From the NCBI GenBank assembly GCA_002269645.1, contig NIVC01001776.1, forward strand, positions 275,990 through 339,989: DNA of 64,000 nucleotides, given 5' to 3'. Both the position numbers and the translations under genes were made by a program. Source of the DNA: Macrostomum lignano. Lineage: Eukaryota. Below the pieces are notes generated by a model. It was not told where the DNA came from and searched no databases. It saw only the letters and a program-made list of their open reading frames with translations. Positions 35,919 through 49,000 of the stretch are shown one piece after another; the first letter of the stretch is position 1, and every line of letters begins with the position of its first letter.

Positions 35919-37442
35919 TCAGTCCAGACACTCCTCCAGAGTTTTGGCCCTTTGCACCAGGCCTTCAATTCGACCTGCCTCGTCTTTCAAAGCGCCAGTC
36001 AATCCGTTGTATTGCTTCGGCGACAGCACGCAGCTGCTGGACGATGATGATGGAGACGAACCAGCCTGAGCAGTGGAAGACAGCTGCTTCTGCTGCTGTC
36101 TGCTAGAAGAAGCCTCGGCTTCAGCAGCCAACGCAGCCAGTGCTTGGCACTTTCGTTGAGCCGAAGCCATAAAAGTTGACAGCGAAGCCAGCCGGTTGGA
36201 CTTCAGCGACTGCAACTCGCCCAGGGCGGCCTGCTCCTCCCGCGTCAGGCACAGCTGCCGCTCACCCAGCCGGCGCGACACGGCTGACAGACGGGCAGCA
36301 TGCGACTCCGCTGTGCTGGATATTGCATCCAGGCGGTCCGCCTGCGATCAGCATGGGGATTCTCGATTCTGAACTGTGAGATCCCAAATCTAAACTGTGA
36401 GATCCCGATTCTAAACTGTGAGATCCCGATTCTGAACTGTGAGATCCCGATTCTGAACTGTGAGATCCCGATTCTGAACTGTGAGATCCCGATTCTAAAC
36501 TGTGAGATCCCAAATCTAAACTGTGAGATCCCGATTCTAAACTGTGAGATCCCAAATCTAAACTGTGAGATCCCGATTCTAAACTGTGAGATCCCGATTC
36601 TAAACTGTGAGATCCCGATTCTAAACTGTGAGATCCCGATTCTAAACTGTGAGATCCCGATTCTAAACTGTGAGATCCCGATTCTAAACTGTGAGATCCC
36701 GATTCTAAACTGTGAGATCCCCGATTCTACACTGTGAGATCCCGATTCTAAACTGTGAGATCCCGATTCTAAACTGTGAGATCCCCGATTCTAAACTGTG
36801 AGATCCCGATTCTGAACTGTGAGATCCCGATTCTGAACTGTGAGATCCCGATTCTAAACTGTGAGATCCCAAATCTAAACTGTGAGATCCCGATTCTAAA
36901 CTGTGAGATCCCAAATCTAAACTGTGAGATCCCGATTCTACACTGTGAGATCCCGATTCTAAACTGTGAGATCCCGATTCTAAACTGTGAGATCGCAAAA
37001 AGCGCATCTATAATCCCACTCACCAACTGAACGAGTTTTCCCTCCTGCCTCATCGCGTCCAACTGTTTATGGACCTCGTCAGCTCTGCGCTGCAAATTGT
37101 CGCGTTTAGCGCGCAATCTAGCGTGGCCGCGCGCCAAAGCAGCGCGCGCTGCGGCGTGAGCAGGCAGAACGGTGTCTCTGGCGCACGACAGCAACTCCTC
37201 CATGGCGGCTTTCCGCCCCGCAGCCTCTGAGACCGATGATGAAGAATCCCGGGAGGAGGCGGCGGCAAGAAAACGCCGTTTCAGCTGCTCGCGCCATCAC
37301 GTTGAAGAGAGTCTCGGATGACCGTCTCGATGTCAGCTGGAGTGCCCTCTGGTGTCACCAAGGATGGCGATGATGGTGACTGGATCTGCTGCTGCTGCTT
37401 TTGATGCAGCTGCTGCGTGGGTTGCAGGACTTTTCTATGCAT
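35919..37442 (-). CDS. uncharacterised coiled-coil protein; apparent 1-nt frameshift near 37298
   Basis: Exons ~37442-37024 and 36341-35919 join in phase 0 (KLVQL|ADRLDAISS). The product is helical, A/L/E/R/Q-rich and GC-rich. The 5' Q-rich frame stops while another frame continues (WREQLKRRF). No family recognised. Confidence 0.6.
36355..36993. repeat. 21-bp minisatellite (TCTAAACTGTGAGATCCCGAT), intron of coiled-coil gene
   Basis: About 30 copies fill the intron. Confidence 0.96.
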
Positions 37443-40400
37443 GAATGAAAGCAGTCAGACATAGTTGTTGAGAAGTGTTGAAGTGTGCTCAAAGTAGAAT
37501 ATTAATGTCAGATTTTTAAGAGTCACTAAGACAAATATGCTAAAGTCTGCAGACTCCATGACTACAGTTTACTTAAATTTAACAATGAATATTAAGTTTA
37601 TATAGCAGAAATGATAGAACTAGAAAAAATGCTATCCAGCTTAGAAAAAGTAGAGATGGATACAGCAATGAGAAGTTGTGGATATGGAGGTTTTTAGATA
37701 GAAATAATAACAATCCCACACCTAATTCGCACATCTAGGTCACTGAGTAACTTAGGAGACTTGAGACCTGAAAGACCACTGGAGCCATTTTTTATTTGGG
37801 CTAAGGTAAAGCAGTAAAAAACTTTAAAGGAATAAATGAATGTTGCCCATTTTTAAGCTTTTGTGAGGGGAGCTTTTAAATCCCTGGGTTTGGGGACTCA
37901 AGCAACAGAGTTTTGATGCCACATGCACATAGTGGTTCAGATTGTGGGGGCTAAAGTGTTAACTATTTATCTATAACTGCATTCTTTCAACTGCTAATAA
38001 CCAATAGCAAGAAATCCCAATGTACTATCTGTAGCATTAATGCTTCTTGTAATTAAGCAAATGAAAAATAAAACAGAAAACAGATAAAAACTTCTATATA
38101 TCTTATATATAGTCAAAAATACTTTAGCAATAGCATTTTAAAGATAACCCAAAAAAGTAACTTTAGTGCTATTATAGGCCTAGCTATATCTAGATTCTGT
38201 AAATAAATAGATAGTAGGCCTAGTCATATTTGTTATTCATACACATTTAAATTAGACCTATGATGATAAGAAACTAACCAAAATATAGCAGGCATGCTCT
38301 AGTTTATTCCAACATTGATATTCAAACTTTTTGGCCATTTCTAATGGCAACACACACACATGTAAGTCACTATTGAATAGAATAGTCATCTTATGACTGC
38401 TCTTGGCCAATAGGGACTTACATGTATATGTGTTGCCAATAGAAATAGCTGAGTGATTCTCAAGATTGTGCATGTATGATATCTTAGCTTTATGCATAGA
38501 CACAGTATTTTACTTTTTGAAATTATACTCTTATTACATATAGTCCTTTGGTCAGTTTATCAAATAGTCTAAAAAGATGTGTGCATACGCCTAATTTAAT
38601 TTAATAGAAATAAGAAGAGTAACTTTAAGTATTAGGCCCTAAAAAGGTTAAATAAAATAGATAAAATATAAATTGAAGTAGGCCTATAGTTTAAACGCAA
38701 ACATATATGCGCAACCTCTAAAATTTGGTTGGCTATGCAACTTAGTTTTTACAATAAATGCGACTAGTTTTTGGCCAAATATAAAAGATAAGAAACCCTA
38801 GAGCAAAAATAATGTAGCTTTTGTAATAGGCCTTCTTCTTTTAGTAGTTTACATTTCTTAGAAAAGGTATAAATTCAAAAAAGCTATTATTTTGTTTTAC
38901 TACACGAATATTTTGTATACTTTGTATATTTTCTATATTCTTTATATTACTTTTTGTTTGAAATGACAGGAAAAATTATACTATAAATAGAGGCCATTTG
39001 AGAGCCTAGCAAACCATCTTGCTCTCGTCTGTTCCTCGTTGAACAATAAGCAATTCTCAGTTGAGAAGAAATTCTATCAGCCTTGAGCTTGTATTCGCTT
39101 GTGTTACTTATTTCGAGTAGTATTAGATAGTAATATAGGAATTGCCCCAAGATTGGGAGTTAAATCCATTTTCAGAGAACGAGATAACCAGATCTAGAAT
39201 CTGAGAAACCCTAGACTTAGGAGTCTTGTAACCCGCCTATAGAAAGGCAGAAATCCTACCACAGGGTAGAGAAGTCCAGACTCAGAGTCTGAGAAACCCG
39301 CCTCAGGGCAGAATACCCAGCAAAGTGCGCTGTGACCCTCTGATCCCGGGAACGCCCAGGACTGAGAATAATATCTTTAGAGGAATATAGGGATAGGATA
39401 AATAGTGCCTAAAAGACCGCTCAGGCCAGAAAGTACAATAGAAGTACAGACACTACCAATAGAAGTACAAACGCTACCAATAGAAGTACATGTGCTACTA
39501 GTAAAAGACAAATAACAATCAGTAAGATTAATAAGAAGAAATAACCCTAGAACAACTTAGTACCAGTGGATTTTGTATTGTACAGGAAAACCGCTAGCAC
39601 AGCTTGGTGGTAATTAGTGGGAAAATTGGAGGACAGGAGTAAGCCCTACGACACTTTAGATAAACAGCAAGAGGGCCTAACTATGACAGTCTTATTAAGG
39701 TTAAATATTTATTTGGGTAGGCCCTAGGCATTTTTATGACTTACCTTGGTTGGCCACCAAATTGGTCAACTGGATGGGTCAACTCAGCCAACTATTACGC
39801 ATGTATGAATGCAAATATCTAAGAAATAGGCTTATAGAAAACAAAATTTCAAAGTTGACACTATCATACAAATATAATCTTATTAGGCCTACGAATATCT
39901 ACAATGTTAATGAACATCATTGTGGCCACCACTATACTCTATATTAGCTTGCTTATGCTATTGCTTCTTTTTGTTATACTATTTATGTATCTATTATTTT
40001 TGCTTTGTTAGGCTAGCTATAGGCCTTACGCCTTAGGCCTATTGCAATATTGTCAATGTCTTCTTATATCTAATGGTGCTTAGTCATACTACTTGCTATA
40101 TCTTTCATAAATGCTAACAGTGAGAATTTCATCAAGTGGATCAGCATACTTTCTTATAAAGCAAAGAAATAAACCCTCAACTTGCTTTTGGCCATCAAAG
40201 TGTGGTAGGCCCATTTATGCCCTATGTGGCTTAAGGCTATGCAATAGCTAGCAATCACCAATGGTTGCAATTGGACCAGCTAGTTGTAGCCTTTAGGCCC
40301 CTATAGCTGATGGCTTTGCCCTTTGAAACAAAAGCAAAGGCCTATATATGCACAAGCTTGTGCAAAAAGAATTGAAAGGTGACAAGATAGGGGGGCCTAT

Positions 40401-41712
40401 TTTGTCAAAAACCTTTTCATTAAAATCCTTTTTGTCAAATACTAATACTAGGCCTTATAGCCTATAGATTGTTATTTAATTAATATTAATAAAAATAGTA
40501 CAATTTCTTTCAAAATTTTATTATGCAACAGTGAATATACTGACTACAACTGAGAATATTAATAGCATAGCAATAATAAGCATCAATGGAATTGCAATCA
40601 ATAATTTTTGCTTTTGACAAGTTCTATTTTTGATGAAATAAGAAGGTATAAAAGTTAATTGCATGTTTTTACCCTTCTTGCATTTGCTCTTTTTGCATGA
40701 AAAAAAATTTAAAAGCTAAAATATAAGTGTTTTTTCTTAGAAACACTTTACTTTAACAAGTAGTATACTTCCTTTTTGATGCTGACCTATGCAAGGCACA
40801 AGGTCGGTTTCAAGATGCAAGGCATCAAATTACAAGCAACTGATATAAAGTATTTACTTCAATTTAAATTTGAAATAAAACACTGCATTGAAAGAAGCAA
40901 GCTAAATACATGTATTGTATAGCTTAATACAATACAGTAGGCCTACATAGAATAAATCTATCTCGACTATCTGCATTTGAAATAAACACTATTGTGACCG
41001 AAACAGCAAATAGTGAAAACTTTTTGTTGGCAAAACCATCTGTCTGGTGGCCGGAATCCGCCCAGAAGACCACTCTGTGTCTCTAAGGCTGCTGCGCGCA
41101 CGCGCGCGCGAGTGGCGCGGCCCAACCGCCTTTGTATGTATGTATGTATGATGGGCCTTGCATAGTCTTATCGGGTCGGGTTCAAAGGGTGATTCTCATC
41201 GAGAGGTTTCGGAGGTTTTGAGGTTTTTCAGAGGTTTCATTTCGAACAAATATTTTTGCACAAAATTTTTAATACCGTACAAAAATTGAAATCTTACTGA
41301 AATTTACTAATGAATACAAATTTTCTTTAGAAAATAGCTCGGAGGTTTTGGATTCTTTTTAATTTTGCTTCTGATAGGCACGCGCGGAAATTATTTAACT
41401 GTTTTTATGCGAAGTGGTAGGGTCCTTCTGACACGTATCTGTTTCCCCATAGATATTCGTATTGATATTCAATTTCTAACAAATGCAACAAAATAAACCT
41501 ACTTGTACAGCTCGGATTTGCTTGAAAATTTACAGAAAAATTATTACACACAAAACAAACACCTCTGTGAAACTTCAAGTCCATCAGACCACGCAAAGCG
41601 GAATGGCAAGAGTTTTAAAGGTGCTCGTATTTATAATGCATTGTATATGCGCACAGTGTATAACATGTATGCTCATTTGCAATACTTGTACAGCTCGGAT
41701 TTGCATGAAAAT

Positions 41713-43600
41713 TTACAGAAAAAAGGTACTCAGCCTGGACTTGGTGTTAAATCGACTTTTCACAGAAGAAAACCAACTCTCCACATGAGCATTTGAGTAA
41801 AAAGACTTTGAATTTTTAGCAATCAAATGATTCCATGTAAATATAGCCCATAGAGGGAGGATGGACAGGTATCTAAGCAAGAAAAAGTTTTTCAATCTAG
41901 GGTTGTAGAATTCATTATCTGTCAGATGCGAATGACCGGTTTTATGCGCGAGAGTATTTTGAATTGTGGTAAATTCCTTTTTAAAGTATTCGTATGGAGA
42001 ATTTTTCAGTATCGCGTCACCTTCCGCGTTCATACTTGCATGATCCTTGTCTTGAAGTATAAATGAGTCTTTGTTGATTGATTCGGAATACTCTGGAACA
42101 TGGCCATCTCTCAGAAAATTTGCTACCCTAGTTCTAGCAGCAACGGTTTGCTCGGCATACGGAGATCCAAATATAATAAGCGTGTCCATGATGAAGTTGA
42201 CGGATAGTTTTTGCGTACTGGAATACTGAATTAAAGAAAATAACTTCAAAAATAGCTGACGGCTTTGCTGGTTCAAGGAGTGTTTTTTGCAGTGGTCCGA
42301 AATTGACTTTATAATATGATTGCTACACAGAAAAACGCCATATTGAATCTCGCTAGGGGTGTCCGTAATAAAGTAATTGTAATGCATTTGGATGTACGTT
42401 GTCACGTCCGTGTGGTGGAAGTCTAAGCATGAATGAATTTGCGCCCATGAAAAGTCGGAAATAAAAAGAATATTTAGGTCAACAGAAAAAGGTGAGTTTA
42501 CACAGTGCAGAATTCTATGGCGGAGGAGTTTTAGAAAGTGAGAAATGGATGCAACGTTATGGGAGTCTGTAATCATATTCCCAACTGGCGACGATGGAAC
42601 AGAATCAGTAGCAGTTGTGATGACAGAATAGAGTAGAACAGGATGAGGTGAACAGTTTTTTTCTATTAACGAGCCAGTAGCGTCGATATGCAGCACTGTT
42701 GGAGTACGAGCTGACATAATTGCTCTAAGAAGCTGTATTTCAAGGTTGGACAATAATACAACACGTAGTGGATCTAAACTACGCTCCATTATGACTCCAG
42801 GAAAAATCGGATGCGGATATCGAAGTTTAAAAATGTCTTGTAGACCTCCAAGCTCAACAAAAAGAACAGAGTGTAACCTCTCGTCTTTCTCCATTTTACT
42901 TTTTAAATTATACATCACAGTTTTGGTTTTGCACGCATCAAAGTTGCACGACAGAATGAATGGTAAATTTTCGATCGCAAGAAAGCGTCTTCTGAATGCT
43001 TCAACGGCACCGGCCTCTTTTATATCGTCGTAAATTTCACGTTTTTCTGATTCGGTCGTTCTACGAAAACAACTAGCCGTAGCATCTTGATGGTTTAACC
43101 TTCCCGTGATAATAACCTCCCAAGACCATGTTGTTCCGTCAATACGTGGTGGTCTTCTCATTATTAAAGCGTAATTTCTTCTGCATCCTTCAATTTTGCA
43201 TTCCGCTCTAATTGTCCAAAAATTCTGCTTACTTTTTCTTGAATTCTGCTTTCGAATGTGATTATAGCCCGTCATCCTCAAACAGCACGTAGCGACTTGT
43301 CACATAGCACGGCAAACTGCTTCATTAAGAAAACTTTTTGAAAACGTATACTTTGGTCCAGATTGACTATCTTCCACCGATAGGTTAATTTTGCAGATAT
43401 CACTCTCCGATAGTTCGATCAGATTCTCCCCAGTTTCATCAGAACTTTCCTCAACTTCTGGTGGTTGTTCGTTTGACGTCGATTGTGATGAGCTTGTAGC
43501 ATTCAAATCTACTTGTACACGCGTTGTTCTCTCTTCTCTATTCTCTGCGTTGCAAAAATCTTCGCTTTTCTGTCCATCGTTGTTTTCTACTATAGGCCTA
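41713..43600 (-). pseudogene. MULE/NOF-like DDE transposase with in-frame stop
   Basis: The 522-aa ORF has LHIDATG (D), ISDFSWA (D), FLCSNH (CxxH) and NAHVESWF (E). The same frame continues upstream through a TGA at 43302-43300 (CRAM*QVATCC). Confidence 0.82.
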
Positions 43601-44502
43601 TAGGGTCGCTGGGTTCATAAATCGTTTTATCAGCCTGACGTCTCCCGTTTAACGTTGAATGTTTTTGGCCAGCTGTATTATATGCACGTCTATTTTTCGA
43701 TCTCTGAGCTTTCTTTCCTTGGACTTTTCCAGTCGGTTTATTTTTCTTGCTCTTCTGGCTACATGCACTGTTGGAACGTCCTGCAGCATCAGTCGTCTCA
43801 GTTGACTGGGGTACATGTAGCGACCTATTCATTAGACCCCAAAGATATACCCGCGATCGCAGTCGGTTTCGAATTTTGAGTGCCCGACATAAGAACACAT
43901 AAAGTGGTGTAGAGTGACGAAAGCCAGTTGGAGGAGGATAAATTCTACTGGCTTCTACCAGGACAGATTGAGCCTAAAATAGGAATAACCCATTTAAAAT
44001 TACGGATAAAGATCCAGTTTCGACATTGCATGCATTCAGAAAGTTATGAAACTGCAAATACCTGCTCTTTTGATGGCAGTCCAAAACAGAAAGTTACTAG
44101 AATTGTGGTCAGTACTACGAAGAAAAATACGAGTCCACGAGTCCACATATTTGAAAAATTCAATGGTCAGTTAAGTTATTGCTTATATAGAATCTAGTAT
44201 TCGTTCAAGAGAAAATGAGAAAATTTACTTAGAATTGAAATTAAAGAAGCAACTAGTAAGTGGGACGCAGGGACCAAGCGTGCAGGTCTACATTTATCAG
44301 AGATTAAACTAAAAGAGAGGGGTGGGGAGTGTGCTGATAGAAAAATAGGGGTGGGTGCGCGACTAAAGAAAGAGACGATAATAAATAGCCAATCAGAATG
44401 CAGCAAGGGAGAGAGATAGCTGGACAGAGAGGCAAAAAACAGTAAACAGGACGAGTGCACATGAACTGAAGATAGATATAAGAAAGTAGCTACGCAATAT
44501 AG

Positions 44503-44647
44503 GTTGTTAGACTGCTGGAGTGCAGTGGAGCTGGAGATACACAAATTCCTCTCAGGGCTGCAAATTGGAGGAGAAAGAAGAGAGATGAAATGAGGAGAAG
44601 AGAGAGTAGAAAGTAGAGATGAGAGAGATGAGATGAGACAGAGAGAG

Positions 44648-44743
<96 letters not shown>

Positions 44744-46095
44744 TAGATGAGATGGGAGAGAGAGGGAAGAGGAGAAAGTAGAGATGAGAGAGAAGAGAGT
44801 AGAGATTAGAGAGTGGAGAGAGAGGAGAGAGGAGAAAGTAGAGATGAGAGAGAAGAGATTAGAGATTAGAGAGTGGAGAGAGAGGAGAGAAGAGATTGGA
44901 AGAGAGGAGTCATAAGAGGGGAAAGAAAATAGTACAGAGGAGAGATTTGAGAACATATAAGAGTAAAGATAACAGAATAGAGAGTAGAGATGATCGAGAG
45001 AGCAGATACGAGAGTGAACAGACGACAGATGGTAGAATAGAGAACAGCGGAGATAGAAGTGATAAGAGAGAATCTATTACAGACACGAAAGCAGAGAGGA
45101 GAGACAAAGGGAGAGAGAGAAGTGGAGTGAGGAAAGAGGAGAAAAGATGGGAGAGAATCGAGAGCAAAAGGGAGAGAGGGGAAAGGGAGAGACAGGGGAG
45201 AGGAGAGGAAAGAGAAGAACGGAGAGGGGAGAGAATATAGTAAGGAGATGAGAGATGGGAGAGCAGAGAACAGAGAGATGAGTGGAGAGATAAGAGCGAG
45301 GGAGAGAGAGATGGAGAGGAGAGGTGAGAGTAGTGGGGGAAGTTGAGAGAGGAGAGATGATAAAAGGAGACTACAGATCAGATAATGAGAGAGAGTATGA
45401 GGCAGGAAAGATATATTACAGAGGATTGAGATGAGAGAGGAGAGAGTAAAGAGATGATAGAAGAGATGAGAGACGAGAGCAGATCGGGGGAGAGTAGAGA
45501 GAAGAGATCGGAGAGAGGAGAGAAGTGGGAAGTGTCAAGAAAGAGGGGAGAGTGAGGAGTGAGAATTTATACAGAGGGGAGAGAGAATAGAGAGTAGAGA
45601 GCAGAGATAAATAAGAAGAGATAAGAGAGCAGAAAATAAGAAGAGAAAGGAGAGATGATAAAGCAATGAGAGAGAAGAGAGTAGAAAAACCAAAGAAAGA
45701 TAAGGAGAGACAAGAGAAGATCGGGGAGAAGGAAGAAATAAAGGAGAGAGGAAAAAAGAGATGAGATGAGATGGGAGGGAAAGGATGAGAGACGATAGAG
45801 AAGAGAGGAAACAGTAGAGAATTGACTGAAGTTTCAAAGGAATCTAGGGACGTAGGGAGGCGCAGGGACAGAGGCCGGAGTTTGCCAATACTTGTTTTAA
45901 GACAGACATTGCCTGACATTCTTGGGCAACACCACAAGCCAACATGTGATTAATGCTTGTCTCAAATTCTAATTTTATACGAACTTATACTCCACTTTTA
46001 TTTTTAACTCTATCCTATAATTATTAACAAGTTCTGTGTTTGAGTATAACTTCATATTCTGGAACACAAGCAAAAGTAGTTCCGGCTGGGATTGG
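44503..46095. repeat. dispersed element with long polypurine core, copy 2 (inside inner MULE)
   Basis: Flanks are homologous to 17237-19385; the GA-rich core is ~44570-45830. Confidence 0.85.
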
Positions 46096-49000
46096 AATTC
46101 ATATACAATGCATTATAAATACGAGCACCTTTAAAACTCTTGCCATTCCACTTTGCGTGGTCTGATGGACTTGAAGTTTCACAGAGGTGTTTGTTTTGTG
46201 TGTAATAATTTTTCTGTAAATTTTCATGCAAATCCGAGCTGTACAAGTGTTGCAAATGGGCATACATGTTATACACTGTGCGCATATACAATGCATTATA
46301 AATACGAGCACCTTTAAAACTCTTGCCATTCCGCTTTGCGTGGTCTGATGGACTTGAAGTTTCACAGAGGTGTTTGTTTTGTGTGTAATAATTTTTCTGT
46401 AAATTTTCATGCAAATCCGAGCTGTACAAGTGTTGCAAATGGGCATACATGTTATACACTGTGCGCATATACAATGCATTATAAATACGAGCACCTTTAA
46501 AACTCTTGCCATTCCGCTTTGCGTGGTCTGATGGACTTGAAGTTTCACAGAGGTGTTTGTTTTGTGTGTAATAATTTTTCTGTAAATTTTCATGCAAATC
46601 CGAGCTGTACAAGTAGGTTTATTTTGTTGCATTTGTTAGAAATTGAATATCAATACGAATATCTATGGGGAAACAGATACGTCCTTCTGACACATTTTAT
46701 GCCATACCATTTTCATTGCTTCCTTTTCATTTCACAAGCGCAAAGTTGCGAATAGTCACAAGTGTGTGTTGTTCTATTTCAATGCATATTCGTAACTATC
46801 CTAATTTCTACTTGACCTGTCCATGTAATTAAAAACAGACACTATTTACCAATACGAATTTCAGATTGTTTTTGACTTGGTCAAAAAAGCTATCAATTTT
46901 TAAGCCAGACTAACTAAATTAAGACTAACAAGACCAAGTCAGTATTTTTTTCATCAAGTCAGTATCAGTCACTATTTAATATAGATTGTTAGTCTAACTA
47001 ACTAAAGGCCCTAAGTATTTTACTAGGCATCTATAATGTAAAATATAATTATTTTTTTCACTTATTTGATATTCTTTTTTATTTTACATCCATTATACTA
47101 AAACTTTTATTTTTCTATTTTCTATTATTTGCTATTTTTACATCATCATCCTAAATCCTAACACACAATGCACATAAGATAAAAATTTATTACCTAAGCC
47201 AAGCCTCTAATACTAGTGAATTAAATACTAGTGAAATACTAGTGCTTTAAAAATGGCAATTTTTTATTTTACTGCTTTACCTCTACCTATAAAATTGAAA
47301 GCTCTAATGATCTGAAATTTTTATACTTTTAATTTTAAATAGGCCTATAATTTGTTAATAGCTTTATATTTAGTCATAATTTAAGCTGATATAGTCGAGT
47401 ACAATTTCTATTCCCTGAAGATGACTGCTTGTGTCGAAACGCATTGGCTATTATAATAATTTATTATATGTTGGTGTTGGCCTTCATTTCTCTATTATTT
47501 TTTAAACGAGCATCGCTACCAGCCAATTTCTATTACTCTTTTACATTAGTAACTTGCTTTAGTTTTTGTCTTTTTATGCAAATATTCAAAGTAAATAGTA
47601 GCTTGTACTTATGTATGCCTAGTCATCACATTTTTATTCAATTTTTAATTTACTTTATAAGTAAATTGTTTTAATATTAAACAAATATACTCTCTTATCA
47701 TCCACAGTAGTTATCATGCCAATGAAATGCATGGTGCCAACCATGTTGGGGAGAAGGCTCTAAATATTTAGATTTTCTTATGATGTTAAGTACTTACACT
47801 AGACCCATATACTAAAATAATATCATTAGTCTAAAATCTTCTAGTCTAAAGTCTAAAATCTAATATCTTAGTCTAAAATAAGACTAACATTGTATTTCTC
47901 AATCATGCCATCTTTCATGAACCCATCAAACTATGGAAATTTGTACAAAGCAATGGCCTACTAAAATACCATTGCTCATGATGATATGCTTCTAGAAGTC
48001 GCAGCGCAGTTGGCGCAATATGCTTTTGGCACGGCTCGACTTCAGCGTTTTTGCTCATCATTGCATCACTCGAGTCCCATTGTCGCATTTTTGGGCTTCC
48101 AGCATAAAAAATCAACTGTTTCGATAGTCTCAATTGGAGGCCATGAAAGGCAATGTCAGACATGCTGGTGCCAATCTTGGAGAGGAATTTGCAGCCCACC
48201 TGATTGCCCTGTGGGAATTGTGCCAAGGGAACTCACACCAATCATTTTTGTCCAGCAGCAGCAGCCGAGTGTTACTGATCCAAATGGAACTCACTACAAC
48301 TGACATAATGCGACTGCCCGATTGCACTTTGCTGGCAGTAGCGGAAACCACGCACTGGAGAAGCATCGCCTATGTTCCTCACCCTACAATATTGAGGTCT
48401 CGATCACGTCGGTGGTCTTGACGATGTAGGATACAGGCTCAGAATGCAGGCAGGAGACCAGGCAAGCGGTAGTTCAGGCATGGTATTGGCAGCTGAAACA
48501 AAGCATGTTGAAATAAAAGGTATTGATTACTTTCATCTATAACTTTTTATAAACAATCAATTTTAAAAGTCAATATGATTTGACATAATGATTTTCCTAT
48601 ACATTTATTCTTGCAATCTTTAAAGATGCCAATACATTTATATTGAAGAAATTATATTATTTTAAAATAAACAATGCCAAAAATGTGTCCAATGACTTTT
48701 TAGTTTTAACTCTAGTAAATATATTGGTATCAGCTATCTAGTTTATTGCTCAACATAGATTTTTAGCATCAAACAAAGGTGGTGCAATACATGTGCAAAG
48801 TCTTACTGTAAGCATTTTGTTTGTATAAGAACTAACTCAAACGTGTTAGAGCTTTTGTCAGCAGTAACAGTTGTGCAACTAGTGTTATTTATGAGAGAAA
48901 AGCTAATAGCTTTCAGTGATTGAAATTAATTTTATGATTAAAAGTAAAATGTTCGGCTTTAAGTAATTAAAAGTAAAATGCATACTTGTAATTCCAGGCC

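Larger units (their letters stand above)
41433..46682 (-). mobile_element. inner Mutator-type element with ~290-bp TIRs and 183-bp subterminal tandem repeats, carrying transposase
   Basis: TIR ACGTATCTGTTTCCCCATAG... at 41433 is inverted ending at 46682. 9-bp TSD CCTTCTGAC (41424-41432 / 46683-46691). A 183-bp unit occurs ~2.8 times at 46101-46612 and ~1.2 times at the left end. Confidence 0.9.

Noticed and set aside
38950-39400. Possible Tc1-like transposase remnant (TDESK-like peptide on minus strand)
   Set aside because: Too short and stop-riddled to support, and no TIRs found.
46052-46632. ORFs with a 61-aa repeat (also 41483-41796)
   Set aside because: Translation of the 183-bp subterminal TIR repeats.
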